IMG/VR virus record: IMGVR_UViG_3300033233_000001
Location: 124,001 to 188,000 of that record
DNA: 64,000 bases
Direction: 5' to 3' (one strand)
The position numbers and the translations under genes are program-made. The notes below the pieces were generated by a model that made no database searches, was not told where the DNA came from, and was given only the letters and a program-made list of their open reading frames with translations. Of the stretch, positions 32,071-42,877 are shown piece after piece. Every line of letters starts with the position of its first letter. Within the stretch, counting starts at the first letter, position 1.

Positions 32071-32670
32071 TCACAGGAGTTCCTCAGCTTTCTCGCCGTA
32101 CTGCGCCTTCACTCGCGCGATCCACGCCTCGGACTTCCACTTGTACATGTACGGCGGCGTCCACTTTTTCTCGGACGGCACCTTGCACACGACGCCCTCG
32201 AACGTCTGGCCCTCGAACGCACCAGCACGCACGGCATCCTGCGATTCCTTGTTGAAGCGTCGGCCGATGCACGGCGCCGAATGGGCGTATCCACCGAACA
32301 GCGCGATGAAGTCCCGTGGGTCGATCTGACCGCGCTTGTAGACGTCGACGTCGATCAACGTCGCGACCTTCGGTTCGCCTGGTACATGTAGACCCGCGAA
32401 CGAACCGTCGCCGTAGAACTCGAAGAAGCACGTCACCCTCTCCCAGCGCTCCTTCTCGAAGATCGGAACGAGCGCAGACTCCTGCTGCTCGATGAGCGCG
32501 ATGGCGTCGCCGAGATGGCTGTCCGAACCGATGAGCACCTTGCGCGAGCCGAACTTGTCGAAGCCGCGCTTCTTCGTCCACTCGACGCGGACGTTCGAGC
32601 CGTCGTACTTCGGAAACACGTAGCACGGTCCGTAACGCGGCTCTCGGCTGATGCTCGGATACTGCTTCAC
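32071..32670 (-). CDS. minimal RNA-ligase-like nucleotidyltransferase
   Basis: Motif I KYDGSN, FGSR, FEFYG, EGVVCK and KWKS. Confidence 0.75.
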   Translation of the reverse strand: MKQYPSISREPRYGPCYVFPKYDGSNVRVEWTKKRGFDKFGSRKVLIGSDSHLGDAIALIEQQESALVPIFEKERWERVTCFFEFYGDGSFAGLHVPGEPKVATLIDVDVYKRGQIDPRDFIALFGGYAHSAPCIGRRFNKESQDAVRAGAFEGQTFEGVVCKVPSEKKWTPPYMYKWKSEAWIARVKAQYGEKAEELL

Positions 32671-33862
32671 AGGGCGAGACTTCTAGCACGCTGTCAGACA
32701 CGCCGCAACAAACCGCAGCAGCACGGTCCGGGGTGCTCAGGCTGAGCGGGCCTCGCCATCGATGCCGAGATGCTCACTCGCGGCGTACAACGCGCGGATG
32801 ACGCTCGTCCGGAACTCGGACTCGGTGTGAAACGCCGCCTTACTTCCGACGGTCATGCCCTTGACCGCGCCAGAGCCAGCGCCGGCTCCCATGAGTTCGA
32901 GACCAGCGCCCATCGTAGTCGCAGCATTTGCAAGAACTGCACGCGATGACTGAACCGTGCCGGAGTACCTCAGCACCGCGACCTCGCGCTTACACGCTTC
33001 CGACCGCAGCCTCGTGGCGAGCAGGCGACGCACGGTCTCGTCGAGCGTCCGCCACACATCGCTCTCGCCACGAAGGAACTGGAGCGCGAGCGAACACGCC
33101 GTGATCTCGGCGACAGCCGCCATCGCCTCGGAATTCGCGGCCGTCGTCAACGCCTCGCCCTGGGGGACGCTACAATCGCACGGACCATGTCAGCCATCTC
33201 CGCGTCGACGCCCATGCTCTGCATCAGCGCGTCGATCGCGATGGCCGACGATGCGACGATGCGCGCGGCACGCAACTTTGCGACCGTGAACGTCTCGTCC
33301 CCTTCGGCGTGGAACCGACGGAGCACCGCGTACACGACCGCGCGCAGTTCCTCCGGCACTTCCGCCCACGTCTTCACGGGCGTCCGCCGTGAGTGCGCTC
33401 GATTCCGGCCTCGCGACACGCGCGACAGCAGCGCTCCGGCTCGTCCTCGAAGCACACGGTCACCCCCTGGCACCTCGGACACGTACCAGACCGAAGCCGC
33501 TTCCACTCGGGCCCGAGCTTGTCGGCACCGCCGGTCTCGTGGCACTCCTCGCAGAGATAGGGGTACGAGCGGATCGCAACGACCCGTTGGCCGTTCGGCA
33601 GCTTGATTGACCCCTCGCTTTTGAGGTGCCGATGATCTATCCCGCCCTTGCGAAGAACGATGCCGACGCGTCCTTCGATGACAACGCGGGCCGGCGCCGC
33701 GCCATCGCCGGGGTACGACATCCACTTCTCGGCATGATCGCTCGCGACGACACACACGGCACGGCACGCGTCGCAGCTGATGGTCATCGCCTGCTCGGTC
33801 TTCTCGTACATCGCTCTGGAGTACCAGGAGCGGCTCGCCGGTGTCAACGGGGCCCCGGCGCC

Positions 33863-33919
33863 GTGTGTCGCAAGCGGCTTCCGATCGCGCTTGACTGTCC
33901 GACAGCCCGCACGTAACCT
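33863..33919 (+). promoter_or_regulatory. promoter with operator box upstream of the XRE regulator
   Basis: GTGTGTCGCAAGC, then TTGACT-17-TAACCT with TGTCCGACA in the spacer. Confidence 0.65.
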
Positions 33920-33972
33920 CGCCCCACGGTTGGGCGCCTCGGTTTTGCACTCGTTTTCGCACGGAGGAAGAA

Positions 33973-34575
33973 ATGACGGAGTTCGGAGATCGAATCAGGG
34001 AGTTGCGCGTGAAGAACGGCTGGACCGGGGCGGACGCCGCCGACAAGCTCTTCCCGGTCACGCACGCGAGCAGCACGAAGGCCTCGAAGATCAGCTACAT
34101 CAGCGGCTTCGAGACGAGTCGGATGGTGATGCAGGAGTCGAACCCCGACTTCATCCACGTCGCACGCGCGTTCCGTTGCACCGAGACGGAACTGTTGAAG
34201 CTGATCCACCAAGGTCAGAAGGAGATCCGCGCGAAGAAGGCGTCGGCGCCGGCCGAGGCGTCGTCGTCCGTCACTGTCGACGCGCTCGCTGGTGATGCTG
34301 CGGCAGCTGCAACGCCCACCGCGAAGCCGAAGGGCAAGAAGAAGAAGTCGACGAACGGGGCGGCGAAGGCCGTGTCCTCGACGGCGTTCTCCGATGCGAC
34401 ACAGGGCGCATCCGGGGACGACGTGGCACACGATGAGACGCTGCTGTTTGCGATCGGACTACTCCAGAAGCAGTCGCGGTCGGCGCACATCCGTGACGCG
34501 CAGCGCGAAACGCTCGCCTCGTTCGTCGTGAACGCAGTCGAGATGGCGGCAAGGATCGCGGACGCGGTTCGGTGA
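33973..34575 (+). CDS. XRE-family HTH regulator
   Basis: FGDRIRELRVKNGWT..SYISGFE..VARAF; GGAGG ribosome-binding site. Confidence 0.75.
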   Translation: MTEFGDRIRELRVKNGWTGADAADKLFPVTHASSTKASKISYISGFETSRMVMQESNPDFIHVARAFRCTETELLKLIHQGQKEIRAKKASAPAEASSSVTVDALAGDAAAAATPTAKPKGKKKKSTNGAAKAVSSTAFSDATQGASGDDVAHDETLLFAIGLLQKQSRSAHIRDAQRETLASFVVNAVEMAARIADAVR

Positions 34576-35036
34576 TCGACAACGAAAGCCAGGCCAGCGC
34601 GGGCACGCCGCGCGGCAAGATCTACATCGCGGCGTGGTCGAACGACGTCGAGCGTGCGCGACGCTGGATGCACGAGATCGCCGCTGCCGGTTACGTCATC
34701 ACGTGCGACTGGACGCCCGAGGTCGAGCGCTTCCGCGGTCTCGGTCGACCGGCGACGTTCGAGGAACGCAAGGTCGCGGCCGACATGGACGCCGAAGGCG
34801 TACTGACGGCCGACATCGTCTGGGTCCTCTGTCCGGCCGAAGGCGGCGCGGGTGTGCACAGCGAACTCGGAATCGCCATCGGCTGGAACGCGGCGCTTAC
34901 TGCGTTCGGCAACGACGTCGAAGATCCTATCCGCATCGTCGTCAGCGGCGCGCATGCCCGCAACGTCTTCGGCACCCGTGCTGATCACTGCTTCGACACT
35001 GACGAGCAGGCGTTCGAGCACCTGACGCACTGGTAG
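34572..35036 (+). CDS. nucleoside 2-deoxyribosyltransferase-like protein
   Basis: KIYIAA..D..ADIV..GVHSELGIA. Confidence 0.7.
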   Translation: MIDNESQASAGTPRGKIYIAAWSNDVERARRWMHEIAAAGYVITCDWTPEVERFRGLGRPATFEERKVAADMDAEGVLTADIVWVLCPAEGGAGVHSELGIAIGWNAALTAFGNDVEDPIRIVVSGAHARNVFGTRADHCFDTDEQAFEHLTHW

Positions 35037-35469
35037 TAGGAGGCTCGGCCGGCAAGCTGCGTCCCTACAAGTCGTCATCAAGGCGGCGCAGAAGAAGGCC
35101 CGAAGTTCGTGGGGAAGAAGCGGAAGAAAAGAGGTAGCCCGTGGCACGCCCACCGAATAGAGCGCATCTGATCTACGGGCCGAACGGCGCGAAAGGCAAC
35201 AGATTCGACGCGTTCTTGCCAGTGAGCGGAGCGCGTTGGATCCGAACGTCCTGGCATGCGTTGTTCGCCGACTGCCCGGCATGCGGCGCGGTTGTCGGCA
35301 GGCCGTGCACCAATGACGCGCAGGACTGCCCCGAGATCCACTATGCTCGGCGCGCTCCGGCCATAGTAGCCGTAGCAGGCATGCCGATGGTCAAGGTGCA
35401 GAACGCAGAGCCGTCGGCAGCGCTCCTGCTCCAGTCGCTGCGTGACGCCGTGAAGGGCAAGGCCGCTCG

Positions 35470-36234
35470 ATGACGACACGAGTCAAGAGTCGGGCGCCGA
35501 GTGTCCTTCCGAGCGCGCCGCAATTCCTTCAGTTCAAGATTGCGCCTCATGTCACTCTGCCGCTGACGCCCGAGCAAAGCGGCCAGGCGAATCTCGATTT
35601 GCTTGCAACATCCAGCGACGACGCGCTTTCGACGTCGGTCGACCCTCCTCCGGCAGACGGCATGAAGTACCAACGCGGCGATAAGGTCCAAGCGCGACGG
35701 CCCCATGGCGGTGACTGGCAGAACGCGGTCGTTGACTGGGTCTATGCCGTCTCCCAGACGTACCGGGTCGTCTTCGACGATGCACCAAACCTTCCCGGCT
35801 ACCGACTGTACGCGTATGAGGTCCAACCGCGCCCGATTTACGGGCCGTCGGCCACGGAATACAAGTGCGGTGACAAAGTCCAGGCGCGCTTTGGCGGCCG
35901 CGCGTGGCGAGACGGTACGGTCCGCCATGTCTATGCGAAAGCGCGTCCACACAGCAATCAGTACCGGATCGTCTTCAACGACGACCGGACCGCTCATGTC
36001 GTTTCCGCGCCTGACGTTCGACCGAGAACGCTAGACGAGACGTCGCCGGCCGGAAACCTAGACCTAGATCGAGCACGAGAGGAGATCGCGCGACTCAAGA
36101 GGGCCAACTCCGCAGCTGCCGTGCTGCTCGAACGACTCGGCATCAACAACGAGGAGAACGGCAACGCCGTGCTCGCGTGGCTTGACGGAGAAGGACCAGA
36201 GGTCGCGCGATCAAACGAGGGAGACGGCACGTGA
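35470..36234 (+). CDS. tandem Tudor/Agenet-like domain protein
   Basis: Two YxxGDKVQAR..W..V..YRxVFxD repeats. Confidence 0.6.
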   Translation: MTTRVKSRAPSVLPSAPQFLQFKIAPHVTLPLTPEQSGQANLDLLATSSDDALSTSVDPPPADGMKYQRGDKVQARRPHGGDWQNAVVDWVYAVSQTYRVVFDDAPNLPGYRLYAYEVQPRPIYGPSATEYKCGDKVQARFGGRAWRDGTVRHVYAKARPHSNQYRIVFNDDRTAHVVSAPDVRPRTLDETSPAGNLDLDRAREEIARLKRANSAAAVLLERLGINNEENGNAVLAWLDGEGPEVARSNEGDGT

Positions 36235-36605
36235 CACTACGCAAGCTATCTGGCGCCGCCAAGCGGAGCGTCGATAACGCTGCGCCACGGACTGACCTCG
36301 GGTCGAAGAAGGCGTATATGATCGCCTGGCTCGGCGAGCTAGGCGGCATCCAGCGCATCCAGATCACGAGCGACTCGCCATGGACGATCACACGCGTCTC
36401 GACTTGGCCGGTACCAGTGCTCGTTGTCGAAGGCGAGGGGAAGTCTTACGACGCGGCCGCCAAGCGCTGCATGGAATATCTGCGTATCTACATTCCCAGC
36501 TGGACGAGCTTCATTCGCGGGCCCGTCCGCGCACAGAACAAGGGCCTGCTGGGGCACGCCGCGCCACCGAAGGACTGGTCGAAGAAGCCGTCCACGAGCA
36601 GGTAG
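36231..36605 (+). CDS. hypothetical protein
   Basis: GTGA coupling. Confidence 0.5.
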   Translation: MTLRKLSGAAKRSVDNAAPRTDLGSKKAYMIAWLGELGGIQRIQITSDSPWTITRVSTWPVPVLVVEGEGKSYDAAAKRCMEYLRIYIPSWTSFIRGPVRAQNKGLLGHAAPPKDWSKKPSTSR

Positions 36606-37389
36606 AGCATGACCGCTCCGGACGCTAGCCGACTGACTCGCCTCGTAGTAGACTCGGGGCCATGAGCTACCACGGCGTGCATCCCTCGACCGACGAGTAC
36701 TGCTTTCCCGAGCAAGCCATCCTGCGGCTTCAGCCGCGGGCGGCCGGACCGCTGTACCGCGAGCTTGTCACACAGACAGGACCGTACGAGACCTATCCGA
36801 TCTCGTGGGATCGCGGCCTACTCGTGATCGACCCGCGCTACGACAACCTGCCGATCGGGCGCGGCTGGGAACCGAAGACGGTCTGACCATGCCGACTATG
36901 TTCATACTCGGGTTTGTTGTCGCCGGTCTGCTTGCTGGCGTCACAGATGACGTAGACTTCATGTCTGTCGACGAACTTCGAGCCGAGGTACGACGACTTC
37001 GACAGGCGTGTGCACAGCAGGAATGGAGGCCATGAACGTCGAGGTTTACGATGGCAGCCGCCGACTCGGCGAGATCTTCGTCGAGAACGGCCGCCGCATC
37101 TACGAGCCGAAAGACGTCTGGAAGCTCGCGGTCCGCCGCTACCCCGACGCGCAGCGGCTGACCGTGACGGGCCGCAACGGCTGGCTGCTCTACGAAGAAT
37201 ACGTCCGGCGCTCGGACGGCGCATGGGTCAACATGCACGAGAAGCCAGCAGCAGAAAACGTCGGCAGTGCGCTAATAGAAGTGCTCCGACTGCTGCTTTC
37301 CAGGCGCCGCGGCTGACCGTCCGCTCCGGCAGACGATGCTGCGTTTTGTTGTTGCGCGGCGGTCGACGCTCGCGTAAGAAGTGTGTCGT

Positions 37390-38025
37390 ATGCCGCCCTA
37401 TCGGACGAACCCGCTGGCCGAGGAACGTGAGAGGCTCGCCCGCGCCTGGGACGAGATCCAGGAAGACCGCGACGATCTCGAACAAGAGAGAGAACGGCTC
37501 GACGAAGACCAGGCCACTCTGTCCGCGCGGCAGAAGGCGGAGGACGAGACCTGGCATCGCAAGTCTCGTTCCGATCTCCGACGCGGTGGAGCATTGCTGC
37601 TCTGGACGTTAGTGCTCGCCGGCTGGGCCGGCCTGAACGCCGCGTGGTCGCACAACATCGAGGCGCGCAACACGTCGATACACGTGGTCATGCCGGCCGA
37701 CTTCTGCGCCCCCGAAGTCATCCGAGAGCATCAAGAGCAGCGTGACTCGCAGATGGAGTTCTTCGGCTGGTGCGTGGACGACCTGGAGGATGCCGAGGCC
37801 GAACGCGACCATCTGCGTGTCTCGGTCAGCGAGCTAAACGACATGATCGCGAACGACGAGATGGCGCTCTATACCTTCCGAGAGGACGCCAGGGCCTACC
37901 GTCGCGAGTGTCGCAGTCTTGGCGGGTGCCGGCACACGACCTGGAACGAATGGCCGCACTGGGGCGACGCGCACGAACACGAAGTGGAAGTGTTCGACGA
38001 GCCCTACCGAGAGCCGGACGAATGA
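37390..38025 (+). CDS. membrane-anchored coiled-coil protein
   Basis: TM segment GALLLWTLVLAGWAGL flanked by coiled coils. Confidence 0.6.
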   Translation: MPPYRTNPLAEERERLARAWDEIQEDRDDLEQERERLDEDQATLSARQKAEDETWHRKSRSDLRRGGALLLWTLVLAGWAGLNAAWSHNIEARNTSIHVVMPADFCAPEVIREHQEQRDSQMEFFGWCVDDLEDAEAERDHLRVSVSELNDMIANDEMALYTFREDARAYRRECRSLGGCRHTTWNEWPHWGDAHEHEVEVFDEPYREPDE

Positions 38026-39335
38026 CCCGCGTCAAGCGACGCTGGTCGGTCGAGCACACGTGGACGTGTTCCGCGTGCAGAGCGCTCAACAAGGGGCGAG
38101 ACCTCTCGTGCACGAAGTGCGGAAAGCCCAAGAGCGACGAGTCGTACGACGAGCGAGATGCAGTCGGTAAGCCGGCAGTCACTGACCCGAAGCTCGTCGC
38201 GATGTCCAAGGCTGGCCCGAACTGGGACTGCGTGTTCTGCCGCTTCGAGAACAGGGCCGGCGCGGCGCTCTGCGTTCAGTGCGGTGCGGATCGTGCGCTC
38301 GCAACAACGGCGACAGTAGACGCCGAGAGACGGTCTATCGATCGCCACATCGATGACGTGATGTCCACCTACGAGGCCGCCCGGTCGGACGAACCGCGGC
38401 GCTCGGATGCCATCTTCCCGCCGCCGCCAGATCCCACGCCGCCCCCAGATCCGCCGCGCACTCAAGTCGCAGGCGCCGGCTACCGCGACGCGGCCGTGCT
38501 CCCGATCGACCCTCTGCCCGCGCCGGAACCGTCTGATGAACCACAGGAGCTTCCCCTCCGGCCGCTTCCGTTCTACTGGCGCGCCGCCATCGCCCTGACT
38601 GACTACGATCGGAATCGGCCGATCCTGATGGCCACACTCGCGCTCGCCGCCATCGCTCTGTTCGCGTGGTTTCTGATGTGGCTCTTCATGCCCTGGCACG
38701 AGCACGTACGCGTGACCTCCGCCACGTGGCAGCGTACGACTGAGCTTCAGCACCGCGTCACGCTGCACGGTCAGGACTGGGGGACGCCGCCCGGCGCATT
38801 CAACACGTCGTGCGTGACGCGGCAGCACGGTACGCACGACTGCAACCCCTACGACTGCAATCCGCACTCCGTCAACTGCCACTGCCACGACGTCGAGACC
38901 GGCGAATCGTGCTCGACCAGCTGTACCTCGGGCGAGAACGGCTTCAGCGAGTGCGAGGAGTCGTGCTCGCCGACGTACACGGAAGAGTGCGATACCTGCA
39001 CCGAGTACGACACGTGCTACGAGCAGTGCCCGACGTACGACCAGTGGTGCGACTACGACTACTACGACTGGCCGACGGTCAGAACCGAGCACACGTCGGG
39101 GACCGATCGCGATCCGATCGTCTGGCCGGCGATCTCGATGCCGGACGACGGCGAGACGTACCGCTTCGAGCGCGCCGAGCACTACGACGTGCACTTCGGC
39201 AACGGCAACGGGACGTGGACGACGACGCCGGATTCGGCCAGTACGTTCGGCCACTACCATGTCGGCGCACGCTGGGACATCGAGGTCACGCATGCCGGGT
39301 CCGTGAGCCCGGTACGAGAGGAAACAGGAACATGA
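38022..39335 (+). CDS. RanBP2-type Zn-finger, TM and Cys-rich repeat protein
   Basis: WTCSAC..N..CTKCG and WDCVFC..N..CVQCG, a TM helix, then a Cys-rich region. Confidence 0.75.
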   Translation: MTRVKRRWSVEHTWTCSACRALNKGRDLSCTKCGKPKSDESYDERDAVGKPAVTDPKLVAMSKAGPNWDCVFCRFENRAGAALCVQCGADRALATTATVDAERRSIDRHIDDVMSTYEAARSDEPRRSDAIFPPPPDPTPPPDPPRTQVAGAGYRDAAVLPIDPLPAPEPSDEPQELPLRPLPFYWRAAIALTDYDRNRPILMATLALAAIALFAWFLMWLFMPWHEHVRVTSATWQRTTELQHRVTLHGQDWGTPPGAFNTSCVTRQHGTHDCNPYDCNPHSVNCHCHDVETGESCSTSCTSGENGFSECEESCSPTYTEECDTCTEYDTCYEQCPTYDQWCDYDYYDWPTVRTEHTSGTDRDPIVWPAISMPDDGETYRFERAEHYDVHFGNGNGTWTTTPDSASTFGHYHVGARWDIEVTHAGSVSPVREETGT

Positions 39336-39806
39336 ACGAGACCGAAAAGACGAGAACGCTGTTCTGGCTGCGCCGCATGCTCCGCGACAAGGAGGCGCTC
39401 GTCGCGGCGCCGTCGCACGAGCAGATGGCGGAGGCCGGCATCACCTACGGTGACCGCGCCGAGCGCGAGAAGGCGGTCGAGCGCATGCGGGAGAAACTCA
39501 CGCCGGAGATCGAGGCGCTGACGAATGCGATCACCGCGGTGGAGAAGGCATGACCAAGCGCGTGTTGATAGGCGACTTCCTGGCCGACACGCTCGCAGCG
39601 GCCGGCGTAGCACTCGGATTCGCCTACTCAGACAGCGCCTACTGTCGCGCGTTCGCCGCGTTCACCGCCATGCTCTTCCTCTCGCGGAAGTTCAGCGCCA
39701 TCAGTCACGAAATCCGGATGGTGCGCTTCGGCACCGACGCATCTGCTGACCGGCTGTTCACGATGGCCACCGGTCGTGCGCCACTACCGCGCGACAAAGA
39801 CATCGA

Positions 39807-40400
39807 ATGAGCCGACCCGAGATCTACATCAGTCTCGACATCGAGGCGGACGGACCCTGCCCCGGCGTCAACTCGATGTTGTCGCTCGGCGCGGCCGCGT
39901 TCGATCCGACCAAGGGCGCCGGCCTCGCCGGCCTCATCGCACAGTGGGAGTCCAACTTCGAGCTACTGCCTGGCGCGGCGCAGAACGCGGAGACGATGGC
40001 CTGGTGGGCAACAAAGCCAGAGGCGTGGGCCGAGTGCCGGAAGAACCCACAAGACCCGATCTTCGCGATGGCCTCGTTCGCGGCATGGGTCAAGGCACTG
40101 CCGGGTAAGCCTATCGCGGTCTGCTATCCAGCGGGCTTCGATTTCACGTTCGTGTATTACTACCTGATGCGCTTCAACAGAAGTTCGCCGTTCGGGTTCT
40201 CCGCGCTCGACGTCAAGAGCTACGCGATGGGCTCGCTCGGAACGGGCTTCGCGGAGTCGTCCAAGAGGAACTATCCGAAGACGTGGTTCGACACCAGCCT
40301 GAAGCACACGCACAAGGCGATCGACGACGCGATCGAGCAGGGCGTGATGTTCATGAACGCGCGCGCGAGTCGACTCGCGACGCTGCAAGAGGAGCGGTGA
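39807..40400 (+). CDS. DEDDh 3'-5' exonuclease
   Basis: LDIEADGP, GFDF and HKAIDDA. Confidence 0.85.
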   Translation: MSRPEIYISLDIEADGPCPGVNSMLSLGAAAFDPTKGAGLAGLIAQWESNFELLPGAAQNAETMAWWATKPEAWAECRKNPQDPIFAMASFAAWVKALPGKPIAVCYPAGFDFTFVYYYLMRFNRSSPFGFSALDVKSYAMGSLGTGFAESSKRNYPKTWFDTSLKHTHKAIDDAIEQGVMFMNARASRLATLQEER

Positions 40401-40402
40401 GT

Positions 40403-41245
40403 ATGACGAAGAAAAGAAAGATTCTCGGGGTCTGCGCCAGCGAGACCTCGGAGCCCGGAGACACCGGCGGTCCGATGATTCGCGTGGGACGTAGCGCACG
40501 AGGCGACGAAGACGCTCCGATCGGACTCAACTGCGTCTACCCGACTCTACTTCCATCGCCTGGTGAGGAGGTCGTCGAGATCTGCGTCCGCCGCCATGTC
40601 CATCCCAACGGCTACGTCGTCGTTTCGGCATGGGCGGCCGAGGCGATCGAGGCGCTCGATGCGGCGAGATTCGTCGTGCGCAAAGGGACGCCAGGCAGGA
40701 CAGTGCCGGACGGCGAAGTATGGCTCAGCGGCCATAGATATAGATGCGATCAATTTCATACCATCGGTTTTCCTGGTACCGAGTGGGGCAAGTATCGGAT
40801 CTGTATGCTCACCGCCGAGAACGTGAAGCAAGAGATCGAGCGCTGGCGAGCGATCCGCGTGAGCGGCGAGAAGGCCGATGCTCCCGCTGGCGACGTGCCG
40901 GCTCCGACGTCCGTTCAACAGGCAGCGATTCAGCAGGAAGCGCCGCTCGCACACAAACAGCGCTGCCCGCGCTGCGGCGGCCACGCGTACGTCGGGCTTC
41001 TCAAGGTCGAGTGCGAACGCGTCGGAGGCTGCCAGACGCTCGACGAGCGGATGGGTGAGCCGTCGGTCCAGTCGACCTCGTTCGGCCACGGCGAGGTCTA
41101 CTACATCGCGTACGGCGAACACGAGGAGAGCCTCGGCGAGGCCGCGCGGAAGGACGAGGTGGGCACGCATCCGACGCGCGATGGCGCGATCGAGGCATGG
41201 CGCGCGAAGATGCGCACGAAGCTCATCAAGGAGGACGCGTCGTGA
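40403..41245 (+). CDS. hypothetical protein
   Basis: ATG after the previous stop; CPRCG motif. Confidence 0.5.
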   Translation: MTKKRKILGVCASETSEPGDTGGPMIRVGRSARGDEDAPIGLNCVYPTLLPSPGEEVVEICVRRHVHPNGYVVVSAWAAEAIEALDAARFVVRKGTPGRTVPDGEVWLSGHRYRCDQFHTIGFPGTEWGKYRICMLTAENVKQEIERWRAIRVSGEKADAPAGDVPAPTSVQQAAIQQEAPLAHKQRCPRCGGHAYVGLLKVECERVGGCQTLDERMGEPSVQSTSFGHGEVYYIAYGEHEESLGEAARKDEVGTHPTRDGAIEAWRAKMRTKLIKEDAS

Positions 41246-41711
41246 CCTGGGCAGAAGCAGATCCCATGACCTGGGCAGAGGCGCTGTCCGCGTGTCTCTG
41301 TCTCGGCGTCGGTTGGGTCAGCGGTTGGATCGCACGCAGTCGATCCGTGCCGCCACCCGCGCATCTCGCACCAGCGCCGAAGCCGCCGCCCGAGCCCATC
41401 GCGTTCGAGACGGAGTACAAGATCGGCGCGCGCGTGAAGTGCCATCTCCGCAAAGGCGGCTACTTCATCGGCACGATCGTCGATTTCGAGAGCGAATGCG
41501 ACGACTGCGATTGCGACGATAGGAAGTCCGCACACGCCGAGGTGCTTCCGGAAGGACGGCCTTCAACTGACGACGAACGGCTGTGGGCTTTCAAGATCGG
41601 CAGTCCGGAAATCGCGCTGATTCCCCCAGGTCCAGACCCAGGCTATCGTGAACCTGCTAAGCCGGACGCATCGTCCAGCGAGTCACGGCCACCGGCGAGC
41701 GAGCCACAGCC

Positions 41712-42347
41712 ATGACGTATCGCGAGGAGACGGTCGACACTCTGCGCGCGAAGCTCGACGATGCCGAGCGCGAGATCGAGCGCCTGCGGACTGACAAAGA
41801 CGGACGCGCCGAAGCGCGCGAGAAAGAACGGCGGACGCAGCGATGGGCGCTCTTGCGCCGTGCAGTCGCGGTGGTCCTCGGCGGTGCGGCGATCTGGTTC
41901 GCGATCTTCGCCGCGCTGACGTGTGTCGACAGCTGCAACGCGACGATGGCGGCCGACAGAGAGGCGCGTCGCGAAGCGCACAGACAGCACCTCGAACAGA
42001 TGCGCGCACACGTGCCAGAGCACGTCGATCCACGCCTCTGGTCCTGGTGCATCGACCACTGCGAGCGCTGGCATGCCGAGGGCGTCGCCGAAGGCGTACT
42101 CGTTCAGGCCTTCGTGGACTACGGCATCAACGGTCAGACGACTACGCGCGTAACGGTGCGCGGTCCGTGGATGACTTCCGAGGGCGCCGACGTCATCAGC
42201 GTGTCGCTAACCAGCAGCGGCGTCGACGCGTCGAGCGTTCTACACGCTGGCGACCTCGTAAGGCTTCATTCCATCGGCGGGGAGAACAATGACGAGCGGG
42301 TAGAGTTCATCCCGTCGCCGTTCACAGATCTGCCGCCGACACCGTGA
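41712..42347 (+). CDS. membrane protein
   Basis: TM segment AVAVVLGGAAIWFAIFAAL. Confidence 0.6.
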   Translation: MTYREETVDTLRAKLDDAEREIERLRTDKDGRAEAREKERRTQRWALLRRAVAVVLGGAAIWFAIFAALTCVDSCNATMAADREARREAHRQHLEQMRAHVPEHVDPRLWSWCIDHCERWHAEGVAEGVLVQAFVDYGINGQTTTRVTVRGPWMTSEGADVISVSLTSSGVDASSVLHAGDLVRLHSIGGENNDERVEFIPSPFTDLPPTP

Positions 42348-42865
42348 CCACGCACGCAGAACTCGTACTGCGCGCGGTACGCTGGCTGCGCAACACGCGG
42401 AACTGCAACCCCGTGTACGCCGAGATGGGCACGCAGTCGGGAGAGATTCCGGACGCCATCGGCTGGCGTAACGGCCGCTCTCACGTCGTCGAGGCCAAGG
42501 TTTCGCGCGCAGATCTGTTTGCCGACAAGAAGAAGGCGATCCACGGTGCGGGCATCGCGATGGGTCGACAACGCTGGATTCTCGTCCCCGCCGGCCTCGT
42601 CAAACCAGACGAGGTGCCGGAGTCGAGCGGGTTGCTCTACGCACACGCACGCAGCGTCGTAGCCGTGAAGGACGCGCCGGCACGTGACATCGGCGAGACC
42701 GCGGCGATTCGCGAGGCCCTGATGCTCGCGAGCGCCATCCGCCGTCTAGAACTCGGGACGCGCTTCGATGCCAACACCGGCCGCTGGGAAGGGCTGCTCG
42801 TCCGGATGGCCAGAGAACAGGCCGACACGGCTACCCCCGTTGCAGTCGACGAACCGGAGGTGTAG
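42344..42865 (+). CDS. MmcB-like PD-(D/E)xK nuclease
   Basis: EIPDAIGW..VEAKVSRADLFAD. Confidence 0.75.
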   Translation: MTTHAELVLRAVRWLRNTRNCNPVYAEMGTQSGEIPDAIGWRNGRSHVVEAKVSRADLFADKKKAIHGAGIAMGRQRWILVPAGLVKPDEVPESSGLLYAHARSVVAVKDAPARDIGETAAIREALMLASAIRRLELGTRFDANTGRWEGLLVRMAREQADTATPVAVDEPEV

Positions 42866-42877
42866 CTTCCGTCCACG

